IMG/VR virus record: IMGVR_UViG_3300014205_000195
Coordinates: 28,184-92,183 of that record
Strand: one strand, 5' to 3'
DNA: 64,000 nt
Origin: a virus
Taxonomy: Duplodnaviria > Heunggongvirae > Uroviricota > Caudoviricetes
In this document: positions 42,880-52,772 of the stretch, in pieces
Numbering within the stretch: the stretch's first letter is position 1
How the letters are laid out: each line of letters starts with the position of its first letter
The notes under the pieces: model-generated
Told to the model about the DNA's origin: nothing
The model's database searches: none
The model's input: only the letters and a program-made list of their open reading frames with translations
Program-made: the position numbers and the translations under genes

Positions 42880-43682
42880 AACAGGTTCCTCCTCACCTCG
42901 ATGATGAAATCGTTGACGGGCTCGACCTCGGTCGCCTTGCGGTCCGCCTCGCGGTACGTCCTGTCGAGCCGACGGGCGTAGTCGTCGGTGATCCTGATGA
43001 TCTCGTGCGGCTGCAGCGGGACGTCAAACGTCTCCGAGCTCAGCCCGGCCTTCCACGCCCTGAGCACGCTCTCGATGTCCGAGCCGACCACGCTCATGCT
43101 GAACGAGCCCGTGCGGATGAGCTCCTCGGCAATGTAGAGCGTGCGGAGCCACGCGACCGCGTACTTGTTGTAGCGCCCGTCCTTGTTGTCAAGCATCTTC
43201 GTGCGCTGATTGAACCCGTAGCCGCGGAAGGCGCTGTAGACGCCCTCGGTGCTCCAGACGTGCTCGAACAGGCCAAGCAGGCGCAACGTGTAGCCGGTGG
43301 CCGTCCACGAGTCGTCGTTCGACGAGACCGGCGACTTGAACGCCTCCAGGACGGACGGGTTTGACTTGCACGCCAGGAACAGGAAGTGCCCGAGCTCCCA
43401 CGACGTGTCGTCGACGGCCCCCTCGATCCACTGGCTGTTCCCGACCCTCGGCCGCTGCCCGTTCTCGGGGAGGACGAAGAAGTCCCTGGTGCGGGCGGCG
43501 TAGACGCCGCGGTAGTCGATGTCTGACGCCGGAGTCGCCAGCCCGTGGGCGTGGCTCCCGACGATGGTCTTGAGCAGAATCACTGTCCATCCTCCAACCC
43601 GTGGTAGTGCATGCCGTCCCACTCGTCCAGCCTCACGATCGGCTCGCCGTACTGGACTGGCGCAGGACGGCAGTCCTGCCAC
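42876..43682 (-). CDS. Pol-beta-superfamily nucleotidyltransferase
   Basis: GSHAHGLATPASDIDYRGVY (hG[GS]...D[IV]D motif); 268 aa. Confidence 0.6.
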   Translation of the reverse strand: MAGLPSCASPVRRADREAGRVGRHALPRVGGWTVILLKTIVGSHAHGLATPASDIDYRGVYAARTRDFFVLPENGQRPRVGNSQWIEGAVDDTSWELGHFLFLACKSNPSVLEAFKSPVSSNDDSWTATGYTLRLLGLFEHVWSTEGVYSAFRGYGFNQRTKMLDNKDGRYNKYAVAWLRTLYIAEELIRTGSFSMSVVGSDIESVLRAWKAGLSSETFDVPLQPHEIIRITDDYARRLDRTYREADRKATEVEPVNDFIIEVRRNLF

Positions 43683-44737
43683 ACCTTCTCGGTGCTCTTA
43701 CCGTCAAGCAGCAGCATGACGAGGCCCGGGTGCTTCGTTGCCTTGGCCTGCTCGGCTATCCAGCGGCGATCGTCGCCGCCCGGCCGCCTGGCCAGGATGT
43801 CCCTAAGGTCGACGGCCGCGGCCGCCAGCCTCTCGTCGTACCAGCCACGTATGGTGGCCTCCGTCGTCTCGACCCAGTCGACGAACCAGGCAGGCGCCTC
43901 GTGCCGGATGGAGTCGGCGTAGCCGTCGACGCCGCCGCGCATCGCGCGCCATATGGTCGCCGCGTTCGTGTCGAACACGTGCTTGTTCGCGATCAGGTAG
44001 TCGTCGAACTTCACCTTCAGCTTCAGGCCTGAGCCGGTGTACCTGATGACGAAGCCCTCCCTGTTCGGCTCCTGGAGGAGCTTCAGGTGGAGCGGGTTCT
44101 CGTCCGAGCCGGCGATGCCGAAGAACTCGGGGAGGTGCGGCCACTGGTCGTCGCGCGGCGGGAACTCCTGGCCGGTCGCCTTGTCGACGGTGCCGAGCAG
44201 GACTAGCCTCTCCTCGTCGTAGCGCACGACGGACGGGTTCTCCGGGTACACGATCTCGAAGACGTAGGTGACGTCCCTGTCGATGGACGGCCACAGGCCG
44301 GCGTACTGCGAGCGCAGGAGCCGGTTGGCGACCGCCGACTGCTTCGTGCGGAAGCTGCGCCGCGTGGCGACGTACGGCTCGTCGTCCATCCAGTACATCA
44401 CGCCGAGCGAGCCGTCGACCTTCTCCCACACCTCGTACGGGCCGGTCGGCAGCGGGCCCATGTGCTCCTCGTAATCGAAGAACTTCCCGAATGGGCGGGC
44501 CACGACGTTGCCGACGCCGTCCGTCACCAGGCCGCGGCACATGAGCGTCACGCGGTCCCACTGCCTGGAGTTGACGGCCAGGCTGGAGTAGCACCACGAG
44601 CTTAGGTCGGTCCGCGGATGCCGGCCGCGGTCGAGCAGGCCCCTGGAATGGTAGTCCTCGAGCTCGGCGATGTCGACGCGGGGCACGGCGCGATGGAGGG
44701 CCATCCCGGTCTCTTCCTTGGTTCTCATCTTGGCCAT
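43580..44737 (-). CDS. ATP-dependent RNA ligase (Rnl-family)
   Basis: Nucleotidyltransferase motif I EKVDGS (KxDG); 385 aa; adjacent to pnk. Confidence 0.7.
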   Translation of the reverse strand: MAKMRTKEETGMALHRAVPRVDIAELEDYHSRGLLDRGRHPRTDLSSWCYSSLAVNSRQWDRVTLMCRGLVTDGVGNVVARPFGKFFDYEEHMGPLPTGPYEVWEKVDGSLGVMYWMDDEPYVATRRSFRTKQSAVANRLLRSQYAGLWPSIDRDVTYVFEIVYPENPSVVRYDEERLVLLGTVDKATGQEFPPRDDQWPHLPEFFGIAGSDENPLHLKLLQEPNREGFVIRYTGSGLKLKVKFDDYLIANKHVFDTNAATIWRAMRGGVDGYADSIRHEAPAWFVDWVETTEATIRGWYDERLAAAAVDLRDILARRPGGDDRRWIAEQAKATKHPGLVMLLLDGKSTEKVWQDCRPAPVQYGEPIVRLDEWDGMHYHGLEDGQ

Positions 44738-44778
44738 GACCTGCCCTCCAGCCGCGGCGCTATCGTCGCGTGTTGTTA

Positions 44779-45228
44779 CTATACCTCTTCTTTATCGAAA
44801 CGTACACGGCCGTCGGTCGCCCACTCGACGTACCGCCTGAGCTCCTTGTCGGCCACGTCCTCCACCAGATCGCCGGAGACGAACATCCTGTAGCTATCGG
44901 AGGCGTACCTCCCGACGCCGGGCAGCGACCTGACGTCCCCTGACCCGTCCCACGAGCAAAGCGCGGCAGACATCTTCACGATGAGCGCGGCCCTCCGGTT
45001 CTGGAGGCCGAGCGTCCGTATGAAGTCCGCCATCTCGTCCACGTCGGCGCTCGCCGCGGCGCTCGCCGTCGGCCACCTGACGAAGAAGTCCCATATGATG
45101 GGCCTGACCTGCTTGATGCTCGTCTGGTTCAGCATCATGCACGCCACCAGCAACCGCCACGGGTTGCCCCTCAGCTCCTCCTGGATGAGGCAGTACGGGG
45201 AGACGTCCAGCGGCGTGAGCACTGGCAC
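44779..45228 (-). CDS. HhH-GPD DNA glycosylase resembling the MBD4 / Mig-type mismatch (T/U/5hmU:G) glycosylase domain
   Basis: PWRLLVACMMLNQTSIKQ...IRTLGLQNRRAALIVKMS...LPGVGRYASDSYRMF parallels the MBD4 glycosylase core (PWKLLIATIFLNRTS...LGLYDLRAKTIVKFS...LHGIGKYGNDSYRIF). Confidence 0.6.
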   Translation of the reverse strand: MPVLTPLDVSPYCLIQEELRGNPWRLLVACMMLNQTSIKQVRPIIWDFFVRWPTASAAASADVDEMADFIRTLGLQNRRAALIVKMSAALCSWDGSGDVRSLPGVGRYASDSYRMFVSGDLVEDVADKELRRYVEWATDGRVRFDKEEV

Positions 45229-45231
45229 ATG

Positions 45232-45507
45232 CTACCGGAAGACGCCGAGGACCTCCCAGTCCAGGAGCGACACGCGCTCGACCCCGTCCACCCGCGTGCG
45301 ATGCCCGGCGCCGTACGGCGGGAAAAGCACACGGGCCCCCTTCACTATGCCGTCGGCGCGGCACGTCGGCCCGACGGACTCCACCACGCCGGTGGTCCTG
45401 AACGCGCTCGGTCTGGCGGGGACCACCAGCCCGTGGGCGCCGGTGACGACCTCTCCGGGCTGGTCCACCAGCACGGTCACGTAATTGTTCAGCGCTTCCC
45501 AGGTCAT
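45232..45507 (-). CDS. GroES (Cpn10)-like co-chaperonin
   Basis: 91 aa; VTVLVDQPGE...GLVVP...GVVESVGP...GARVLFPPYG pattern matches the Cpn10 fold. Confidence 0.5.
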   Translation of the reverse strand: MTWEALNNYVTVLVDQPGEVVTGAHGLVVPARPSAFRTTGVVESVGPTCRADGIVKGARVLFPPYGAGHRTRVDGVERVSLLDWEVLGVFR

Positions 45508-45511
45508 CGCA

Positions 45512-45724
45512 CTACCCCCACGAGTCCCAGACTCGCTCAGTCTGCAGCTTTGTCGCCCCGCAACGCTTGCACGTCGACGGCCGTCCGATGCAGTTCGGGT
45601 GCCTGCTGAGCACGTCGCGGCTGAGCCGTTGCGCCGGCACGTCCGTGAGGACCCAGTGATGCACGCACTCTACGACAGCCGCCTCGTCAGCGACCGGCCC
45701 ATTATCCTGGGCAACGATCTCCAT
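45512..45724 (-). CDS. hypothetical protein (70 aa)
   Basis: ORF track. Confidence 0.3.
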   Translation of the reverse strand: MEIVAQDNGPVADEAAVVECVHHWVLTDVPAQRLSRDVLSRHPNCIGRPSTCKRCGATKLQTERVWDSWG

Positions 45725-46074
45725 GTCTCCTCCACGGCCCGGGCCATGTAACCGCTGCCCCGACCTGTATAGCCTGACCGTTGGTACGGCATCGTGGTTC
45801 TCCGGCCGACCATGACCGTCGGCCTCGGCGCGCTGTACCTATGCACACGTGGCGCGCCTGGACGCCTGGTCCTAGCGCCATTCGCCTCCACCGCCGCCGC
45901 GTACGGCGCGCTGAACCCGACCACGAACCCCCTCGGGAGCTTCCTCATGTACGAGCTCGCCCTGAGGTTCCCGCTGCCCAACGGCGCGTTCATCCGTGCC
46001 TGCTGTAGCAGGTAGGCCCCGACTTCCTGCAGCGCGCGCACCATTGCGTCTGCCAGTCGCTCGCCGTCGGTCAT
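45670..46074 (-). CDS. hypothetical protein (134 aa)
   Basis: ORF track. Confidence 0.4.
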   Translation of the reverse strand: MTDGERLADAMVRALQEVGAYLLQQARMNAPLGSGNLRASSYMRKLPRGFVVGFSAPYAAAVEANGARTRRPGAPRVHRYSAPRPTVMVGRRTTMPYQRSGYTGRGSGYMARAVEETWRSLPRIMGRSLTRRLS

Positions 46075-46076
46075 GG

Positions 46077-46694
46077 TTAGATGCCCCGCACGTACTTCAA
46101 ATCATGCCGCCACCGGCCCACGTCCGTCAACGCGTCGTGGATGGCTGCCATGTCCTCCGTGATCTGCACAAACCGGCTGAGCGCCTGCATGATGCCCTCT
46201 ATCACAGTGGGCGTGTAGTCAGGGTCGTCCACCAGGAGCGCCCTGTACGCCGGGCGGAGCGCCTGTCGGAGGGTTATCCTCTCCGCGCCGACGGTGTTGT
46301 CTATGGCGGCCACGCGACCGTCCGCGGTCACCAGCCAGTTGTTGGAGTGCCTGTCGCTGTTGCCGACAACGTAGTCCATGACGACCATGTTGGCGATGTC
46401 CAGGATCGCCCGTTCAGACGACCTGACCGCCATGTATAGGTCCGGGCCGAGCTCGTCGGCGGTCCTGCCATCGACGAACATCTGGGCGGATCTGTGCTCG
46501 TCGTACTGGACGGTCAGCGGGACTATCCCGTCGAACACGGCTGCCGCGACCGCGTACGCCGCCACCTCGTCGTGCCCGTCCCGAAGAACCCACCTGTTGC
46601 CGAGCACGTCCGTCGCTATCCTGATGCCCGACAGCCCAGGCCTCACCTCCCCGGCGTTCGGCTCCCTGACTGACACGAACCACCCGTTATCCAC
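46077..46694 (-). CDS. PI3/PI4-kinase-like atypical protein kinase (205 aa), paralogue of 26886..27869
   Basis: VGNSDRHSNNWLV ... AAIDN motifs. Confidence 0.55.
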   Translation of the reverse strand: MDNGWFVSVREPNAGEVRPGLSGIRIATDVLGNRWVLRDGHDEVAAYAVAAAVFDGIVPLTVQYDEHRSAQMFVDGRTADELGPDLYMAVRSSERAILDIANMVVMDYVVGNSDRHSNNWLVTADGRVAAIDNTVGAERITLRQALRPAYRALLVDDPDYTPTVIEGIMQALSRFVQITEDMAAIHDALTDVGRWRHDLKYVRGI

Positions 46695-48708
46695 GGTACT
46701 TCCCGCGGCTCGGCGTCCTCCCGGCTGGGATGACGGCCTTCACGATCGGCGATGCCGGCGGGGCTGGCGTTTGACCCGGCGGCGGCTGTATGGAACCGTC
46801 GTTCCCAACCACCCCAACCACCTGGTTCTGAGCTGACGCGGCCGGCTGTCCAGCGGTCGGCGCCCCGGCCGCTGGCGCACCAGCCGCGGCCGCCGGGGCG
46901 GCGCCTCCAGCGCCGAACGGGCTGGCGCCCTGCATCTGCGCCTTCTGCTGGTCCTCCATGGACAGGACACGCCCGTTGAACGTGAACTCCTCGTCCTCTG
47001 AGTTGTACTCCACGCCGAACCCCATGCCGGCCATCGTCTGCGCAACGGCCGCCTTGGTCTGCAGTATCTGGAGCTCCACGAGCTCGTTCGACTCCTCGGG
47101 CGTCTTTATCCTGAGGTACCAGTCCTCGATACCAAGCGCCTTCTGCAGCTTCGGGAAGACGTCCGTGTGGTAGTTCCGCTGGGCGCCCTCCACGACGCGG
47201 CTCATGACCGTCAGCTGCTGGCTCTCGCTGTTCAGCCCGCCGATGCCCTCCGTGGACTGCATCCATATCTGCGACACGCCGTACATGCCGGCTATGCGCT
47301 CGCGGATCTCGTCCCTGACCGGGAGGTAGTCGAGCTCGTCGAGCGAGTAGGCGAAGCGGACGAACTCCATCTTCCCCATGCCAGTCTTGGACGATATCGC
47401 TATCCACGGAACGAAGTGCGGGTCCTGGGCCATCTTGGCCTCGACCTCCAGCTTCGCCGCGTTGAAGGACGGCACGTCGTCGGTGGTGACCGTCACGACG
47501 CCCTGCGGGACCTTCCTCTCGTAGAAGTAGTCGTACAGGTACCGGTCCATGCCTATGAGGGTCATGGCCTTCTCGTAGATGCTCAGGACCGGCGGGTACC
47601 CGTACGTCTCCGTCGGGCTGTACCGCGACCAGTGGATGACCTCATCGTCGAGCAGGTACATCGTCTGGGGGCGGCCGGCGCCGTACATCATCGTCTGCTG
47701 CTCGATGTACTTGTAGTAGACCGGGTACGTCCTGATGCCGCACTTCGGGCACACGCCGCGCCACTCGACGTCCCAGTCCTCGCCGCCGGGCACGTCGAGT
47801 ATGTCCTCGCGATGGAACACGCACACGTGGTGCGCCAGGCCGGGGACGCCTCGGTCGTCCATGTCCATCTCGACGAGCGTCGGGTCCAGCCTGAATATCT
47901 GGACGACGAGGGCGTCTGGCTTCAGGTCCGTGATGAGCGGGTCCTGGCGCGCCTCCTCCATCTCGTAGTCGGCCATCTCGTACACCTTCCTGAGGAAGAT
48001 GAACCCGTCGTCGACCGTGTTTATGTCGTCCTCGCACGCCCGCAGCAACGACTCGAACGACTGGCCGAAGTAGTTGCACCTGTCCAGCAGGTTATCGAAC
48101 TCCTTTAGCTCAGAGGCATCAGGGCGCCTCATCCTGTGACCGAGGGCGCGCGCCTCCGGGTCCTCGGGGACCTTCGGTATCTCCGGGTCCCAGCCCTCGA
48201 CCTCGCAGAAGCACACGAACTTCAGCTTCTTGGCCTGCTTCTCCGTGTACTCCTCTTCGCAGTGGTCGCACTTGAACTCGAAGGCCGGCTCCCACTCCAG
48301 GCCGCGCCTGAACACCTCGTTGCGGAGGTGGACGGTGGCCGTCCTGACGTCGGCGCTGTTCTGGACTATCTGGTAGAGGTCCAGCAGCCTGCGCCGCTCT
48401 GCGGCGAACTGCCTCCTGCCCTTCACGCCGTAGTCGTTTATGCCTATGGCGTCGTTCACCGTCCTGGCGCGGTTCAGGGTCGAGGCCAGGCCGCCGAACG
48501 CACGCCTGTCCTCTGACTTGTCCATGAAGTCCTGTACCGTCTGCGCGTGGAGCGCCAGCTCGCCGCCCTGCGACTTCATGGTGCTCAGGAAGGAGTCGAA
48601 CTCGGCGCGCTGCTTCGTCACGGAGCGCGCCGGCCTCAGGGCGTCGGAGTTGGTGCCCGTCGCCACCGCCGGATCGCGTCGCCTGAGAACGAAGTCAGCG
48701 ATTCCCAT
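46687..48708 (-). CDS. portal-like protein (673 aa) with low-complexity Ala/Gly/Pro-rich C-terminus
   Basis: Size, Cys4 cluster, and position just downstream (in transcription order) of the terminase large subunit. Confidence 0.5.
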   Translation of the reverse strand: MGIADFVLRRRDPAVATGTNSDALRPARSVTKQRAEFDSFLSTMKSQGGELALHAQTVQDFMDKSEDRRAFGGLASTLNRARTVNDAIGINDYGVKGRRQFAAERRRLLDLYQIVQNSADVRTATVHLRNEVFRRGLEWEPAFEFKCDHCEEEYTEKQAKKLKFVCFCEVEGWDPEIPKVPEDPEARALGHRMRRPDASELKEFDNLLDRCNYFGQSFESLLRACEDDINTVDDGFIFLRKVYEMADYEMEEARQDPLITDLKPDALVVQIFRLDPTLVEMDMDDRGVPGLAHHVCVFHREDILDVPGGEDWDVEWRGVCPKCGIRTYPVYYKYIEQQTMMYGAGRPQTMYLLDDEVIHWSRYSPTETYGYPPVLSIYEKAMTLIGMDRYLYDYFYERKVPQGVVTVTTDDVPSFNAAKLEVEAKMAQDPHFVPWIAISSKTGMGKMEFVRFAYSLDELDYLPVRDEIRERIAGMYGVSQIWMQSTEGIGGLNSESQQLTVMSRVVEGAQRNYHTDVFPKLQKALGIEDWYLRIKTPEESNELVELQILQTKAAVAQTMAGMGFGVEYNSEDEEFTFNGRVLSMEDQQKAQMQGASPFGAGGAAPAAAAGAPAAGAPTAGQPAASAQNQVVGVVGNDGSIQPPPGQTPAPPASPIVKAVIPAGRTPSRGKYRG

Positions 48709-48709
48709 G

Positions 48710-49057
48710 CTAGTCCTCTACCCTCGCGAGCACGTGCTCAGTTCTCATGATAAGGCACCGGACCACGCCGTCCGCCGCCCCCTCGTCCAGCATCGCCCAC
48801 CTTCCGCCCTCCCACTGGGCGAACATCACCCTGTCGTTCACGGCGACGCCGGCAGCGACGGCCAACGGGCCGGCCTTCAGCACGAGGCCGATCGTGGTGT
48901 TGGACGCCGGGGGGATGATGATCGACGCGTGCAGCCGCTCCAGCTCCTCCGCGATGACGACGTAGTCGAGCGTCGGCTCGAAGTCCTCCAGGCTGCGCTC
49001 CACCCTCGTGTACCCGGCCAGCTTTCCCAACGGGTTAGGCCTCTTAGTTGTCAGCAC
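48710..49057 (-). CDS. hypothetical protein (115 aa), possibly Cpn10-fold
   Basis: ORF track. Confidence 0.35.
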   Translation of the reverse strand: MLTTKRPNPLGKLAGYTRVERSLEDFEPTLDYVVIAEELERLHASIIIPPASNTTIGLVLKAGPLAVAAGVAVNDRVMFAQWEGGRWAMLDEGAADGVVRCLIMRTEHVLARVED

Positions 49058-49301
49058 GGCCCCTCCTCCTTCTCCTGTGTATGGCGTCAGCCAACGGCCC
49101 GTCCGACGTCAGCAGCCTCGGGTCTGGGCCCTCCGGCAGCACGAATCGGCGCCGGTACTCCCTCAGCTCCTCCAGCTCCATGTCGACCGCCGCCTGGCTC
49201 CACCCGCGCGTCAACAGCGCCTCCGCGAACTCCTCCTCGTCGAGGAGGGCGATCGTGGCCTGGACCTTCGTTGTCGACTCGAACTGGAACGGGCCTATCA
49301 C
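49044..49301 (-). CDS. hypothetical protein (85 aa)
   Basis: ORF track. Confidence 0.35.
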   Translation of the reverse strand: MIGPFQFESTTKVQATIALLDEEEFAEALLTRGWSQAAVDMELEELREYRRRFVLPEGPDPRLLTSDGPLADAIHRRRRRGRADN

Positions 49302-49516
49302 GCCTCGCCCGTCTCGTACTTGTCGTACCAGTAGGCCGACAGCTCCTCGAGCTGCGCGAGGCCGGCCACGATCTGCTCGTCGGTCAGGCCCTGCTGCCTC
49401 GCCCAGTCCTCGAACGGCGCGCGGTAGCCGGCGTACTTCTCCGCCTTCTCCAGCGCGTGCGTCCTCACCTGCACGCCGTGGTCATGGTCTCGGTTGGTGT
49501 TTATGTAGACGGCCAC
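49298..49516 (-). CDS. hypothetical protein (72 aa)
   Basis: ORF track. Confidence 0.35.
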   Translation of the reverse strand: MAVYINTNRDHDHGVQVRTHALEKAEKYAGYRAPFEDWARQQGLTDEQIVAGLAQLEELSAYWYDKYETGEA

Positions 49517-49567
49517 TTGCCCCTGCCTTCCTGCTTTATCCTATCGACTGGCTGCCCGTTGGTGGGC

Positions 49568-51088
49568 CTACGTGTTCCTTCCGGCTATCAGGGCGTCGCG
49601 TCTGCGCTGGCCGAACATGCCCTGCGCGTCGCCGAGTATCGCCATCACCGGCCCGTCGTCCGCCGCCCTGATCATCAGGGCTATCGACCAGAACGCATCG
49701 CCGTGGCCGTCCTTCGTCTGTATGGACTTCAGCAGCCTGTCGACGGCGACTATCTGCGACGTCTGCCTCCTGTCTTCCAGGAGGACGATGCCGGGCTCGT
49801 CGCCGTCGGCGTAGAACCTGGCCTCCATGGCGAGTGCCATCTGGGCCTTTGACCGCTGCGTGAACGTGACGCCGATGGCCCTTTTCGGCATGTTCCGGTC
49901 GTCCATCTCGGACCGTGTTGAGTCGTAGTAGAAACGCTTGATGTTGAAGTGCTCGATGAGCCTGCGCACGTGCTTGGCCTGCGCGCGGTAGTCCATCCCG
50001 TCCAGGAACTCCTGGTACACCTGCACCAGGTCGCCCGTCGGCATCAGCGCGGCGATGCTCACGTGCGTGGGGTGCACGTTCTTGCCGACGTCCATGCCGC
50101 CGTACATGCCCAGCGTGCCGGTCTGGTTGAACGGCTCCGACAGCTTCGCCGCGCGAAGGAGCGGGTCGCAGTTGGTCTCGACGACGGCCTGAGGTATGAA
50201 GCTGTTGACGGCGAGCACGGGCACGAGCATGTACTCGACCTCGTACGCCGTGTCGTGGACCCTGCGCCGCGTCCTCTTCAGACGCTCCATGTCGAACTTC
50301 TCCGGCCATAGCGTCCTGCCGTCGCCCAGCTCGGCCGGGAACTTGGCCCAGACGTACTCCGGGTTGTTCCTCAGCTTATAGAGCGTGTCCTCGTACGACT
50401 GCGGCGTGCCTATGACGACGAGGGAGTCGCCCTCGTCAGGCAGCGACTCCAGCGACTGTCTGAATATGGTGTCTATGCGCCTGATCTGCGTCGGCTCCAG
50501 CGCGTTTGCGAAGTCGGACAGGATGTCGTCGCATATGAGGAACTTGGGATGCAGTCCGCGAACGGCCGACATTATGCCGTACGGGTCTATCTGCCCCCGC
50601 CACTCTCTGTCCGTGCCGAACGATATCTTGAAGTCCACCACGGACTCCGCCCGCGGCTTGTTGTCCACCCAGAAGCGACAGTACGGGTTGTTCACTATCG
50701 CCTCCTTTATCTTGATGACGTGCTCCTGCGCGAGCGTGTCCTTGTAGGACATCACTATGCCGTCGACGTTCTGGTTGGCCCTGAACAGCTTCCAGAAGGA
50801 GAACGCGTGGTTGATTATGGTCGACTTCAGGTGCGCCCGCGGCGCCAGTATGCAGACGCGCGGGTTCTCCTCGACTATCTTGGCCCAGACGAAATGAGCC
50901 TTGCCGAGCGAGAACTCGTGGTACTGCTTGTCCGCCATCCTGAACTTCTTGCCATCGAAGCTTCGCGGGTACACGTACGCCAGGAAGAACTGGAACGACG
51001 CCTGGGCGGCCGTTATGACCGCCATGTCCTTCTTGGAGAACGGCGTCGGCGCCGGGCCCTGCCCGCCGCTAGTAGTCGTCTTCCTCAT
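49568..51088 (-). CDS. terL: terminase large subunit
   Basis: 506 aa; ATPase Walker A-like ILAPRAHLKST and Walker B FLICDDI; C-terminal RNase-H-like nuclease region (GMDVGKN...). Confidence 0.8.
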   Translation of the reverse strand: MRKTTTSGGQGPAPTPFSKKDMAVITAAQASFQFFLAYVYPRSFDGKKFRMADKQYHEFSLGKAHFVWAKIVEENPRVCILAPRAHLKSTIINHAFSFWKLFRANQNVDGIVMSYKDTLAQEHVIKIKEAIVNNPYCRFWVDNKPRAESVVDFKISFGTDREWRGQIDPYGIMSAVRGLHPKFLICDDILSDFANALEPTQIRRIDTIFRQSLESLPDEGDSLVVIGTPQSYEDTLYKLRNNPEYVWAKFPAELGDGRTLWPEKFDMERLKRTRRRVHDTAYEVEYMLVPVLAVNSFIPQAVVETNCDPLLRAAKLSEPFNQTGTLGMYGGMDVGKNVHPTHVSIAALMPTGDLVQVYQEFLDGMDYRAQAKHVRRLIEHFNIKRFYYDSTRSEMDDRNMPKRAIGVTFTQRSKAQMALAMEARFYADGDEPGIVLLEDRRQTSQIVAVDRLLKSIQTKDGHGDAFWSIALMIRAADDGPVMAILGDAQGMFGQRRRDALIAGRNT

Positions 51089-51645
51089 CTTCGTCCGTCA
51101 CTCTGCCCTCTCCCGGGAGGCGAACGTTCTCGGCGCCGTACTCGTCCACTATGTCCCCCACCGGCGGGCGCAGGCGGTTGAACTCCGTCACGACCTCCAC
51201 CAGGTAGGACTGCGCGTCCTGCTGGTCGTCGTCGCCGTCGGCCTGGTCGTCGCGCTGACCGCCGTGCTCGAGCAGCGCCGTGTTCATCTTCACGGCCAGC
51301 TCGCTGCACTGACGCGCCCAGTTGAACGCGCGGCCGGACCACTCCCAGTGCTTGCTCTCCAGCAGGGCGCGACGACCCTCGGTCAGGTCCGGGTCGTCGA
51401 GCTCCTCGTCCACCATGCCGAGGCGGTTCAGGGCCTCGCTCGTCAGGTCCTTCATGATCTCGAACGAGTTGAAGTCACGCGCGACCGTCTCGTACCTGCG
51501 CCTGAGGAACCTGGACGTGACGGTCGGGAGGTGCAGGTCCGCCGGCGCGTGACGCAGCCCGTTGCCTATCGACCGGTACGTCAGCTCCTGATACCCCGCC
51601 TCGTGCGCTGCCTCCGTGATCCTGACGAGCGAGTGCTGGCCCTGT
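51069..51645 (-). CDS. hypothetical acidic protein (possible small terminase subunit)
   Basis: Trimmed from ORF track 51069..51908 (Arg-rich N-terminal extension removed); position immediately upstream of terL. Confidence 0.3.
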
Positions 51646-51720
51646 CTCATAGAGACGGCCTGCGTCCAGAACGGGTGTCCCGGGCCGAACCTCTGCACAG
51701 GCGCTCGCTGGTCCACCTCT

Positions 51721-52293
51721 CTACCTCGGCACGTAGCCCAGCTGGGCCGCCTTCGTGACAAGGAATGAGACGACGTCCATCGGCGAGAACCGGCCCCGCC
51801 GCTTGGACGGGCTCGCGACAAAGCTGAGGAGCCAATAGGCACCGTACGCGTACGCCATGAGGGACCGCCAGCTGGTCGCCTCGCCATTCGTGAAGATGTC
51901 GACCTCATGCGCGTGCATCGCCTCGGCGAAGTCCTCGTCTATCGTCGGGAGCGAGCCACTGTTGATGATCCTCTGCGCGACTGCGGTGCAGGACTCCTTG
52001 ATGGGGTCCAGCTGGCCTGGCTCGAGCATCGACGACACCATCACGACGCCCCTGACGAAGTCGGTGAAAGACACGTCCTCCTCTACGGGAGGTATCTCGA
52101 ACATGAGGCTGATCGTGTCCGGGTCGCCGGGCTCGAACGTCTCTGGATCGGCGATCTTCTTGACCGGCCTCAGCACCTTCGTCCCGTCGACGTACCTGGA
52201 GAACCTGGGCCGGAGCCGCTCCATGCCCATCGCCGCGTACTCCGACACTATGCTCGCATCCTGCGCCGTGATTGCTGGTCCGACTGCTCTCAC
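51721..52293 (-). CDS. hypothetical protein (190 aa)
   Basis: ORF track. Confidence 0.45.
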   Translation of the reverse strand: MRAVGPAITAQDASIVSEYAAMGMERLRPRFSRYVDGTKVLRPVKKIADPETFEPGDPDTISLMFEIPPVEEDVSFTDFVRGVVMVSSMLEPGQLDPIKESCTAVAQRIINSGSLPTIDEDFAEAMHAHEVDIFTNGEATSWRSLMAYAYGAYWLLSFVASPSKRRGRFSPMDVVSFLVTKAAQLGYVPR

Positions 52294-52772
52294 TGTATGA
52301 ACCCCGTCACCCTGTTGAAGATACTGGCGATGTTTCCAGCGAAGCCCTCCTCGCTGTCGCCGTCGAACGCGTCCCGCCTGATGTCGGCCACGCCGGTCGA
52401 CGCGGTCACGGTTATCCCGTTGCCGAGCGCGGCCTGCTCGGGCGGCGACCAGCCGTCCGTCGACCCGTCTGCGATCACCGGCTGGTCGTCATCGTCGCCC
52501 CTGAACCGGGCGAGGTCATCGTTGGCCGGCGCCCGCTGGGCCGTGGCTACGGCCACGGCGCCGACAGCGACCGTCGGGACAGATATGCCGTACTTCTCGC
52601 GGAGCAGCGACCCTAGCCCGTTCAGCAGGTCAGCGGTGCCGCTGAGCTCACCGCGCGCCCTCTCGAACGCAACCTTCAGCCTGTGCCACTCAGACACCAT
52701 CTCGCCGGGGTCCTGGCCGTCAACTACCTCAACCGTTTCATTGTCCATCGGTGATGCCTCCACCCTCTCCAT
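52290..52772 (-). CDS. hypothetical protein (160 aa)
   Basis: ORF track. Confidence 0.45.
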   Translation of the reverse strand: MERVEASPMDNETVEVVDGQDPGEMVSEWHRLKVAFERARGELSGTADLLNGLGSLLREKYGISVPTVAVGAVAVATAQRAPANDDLARFRGDDDDQPVIADGSTDGWSPPEQAALGNGITVTASTGVADIRRDAFDGDSEEGFAGNIASIFNRVTGFIQ

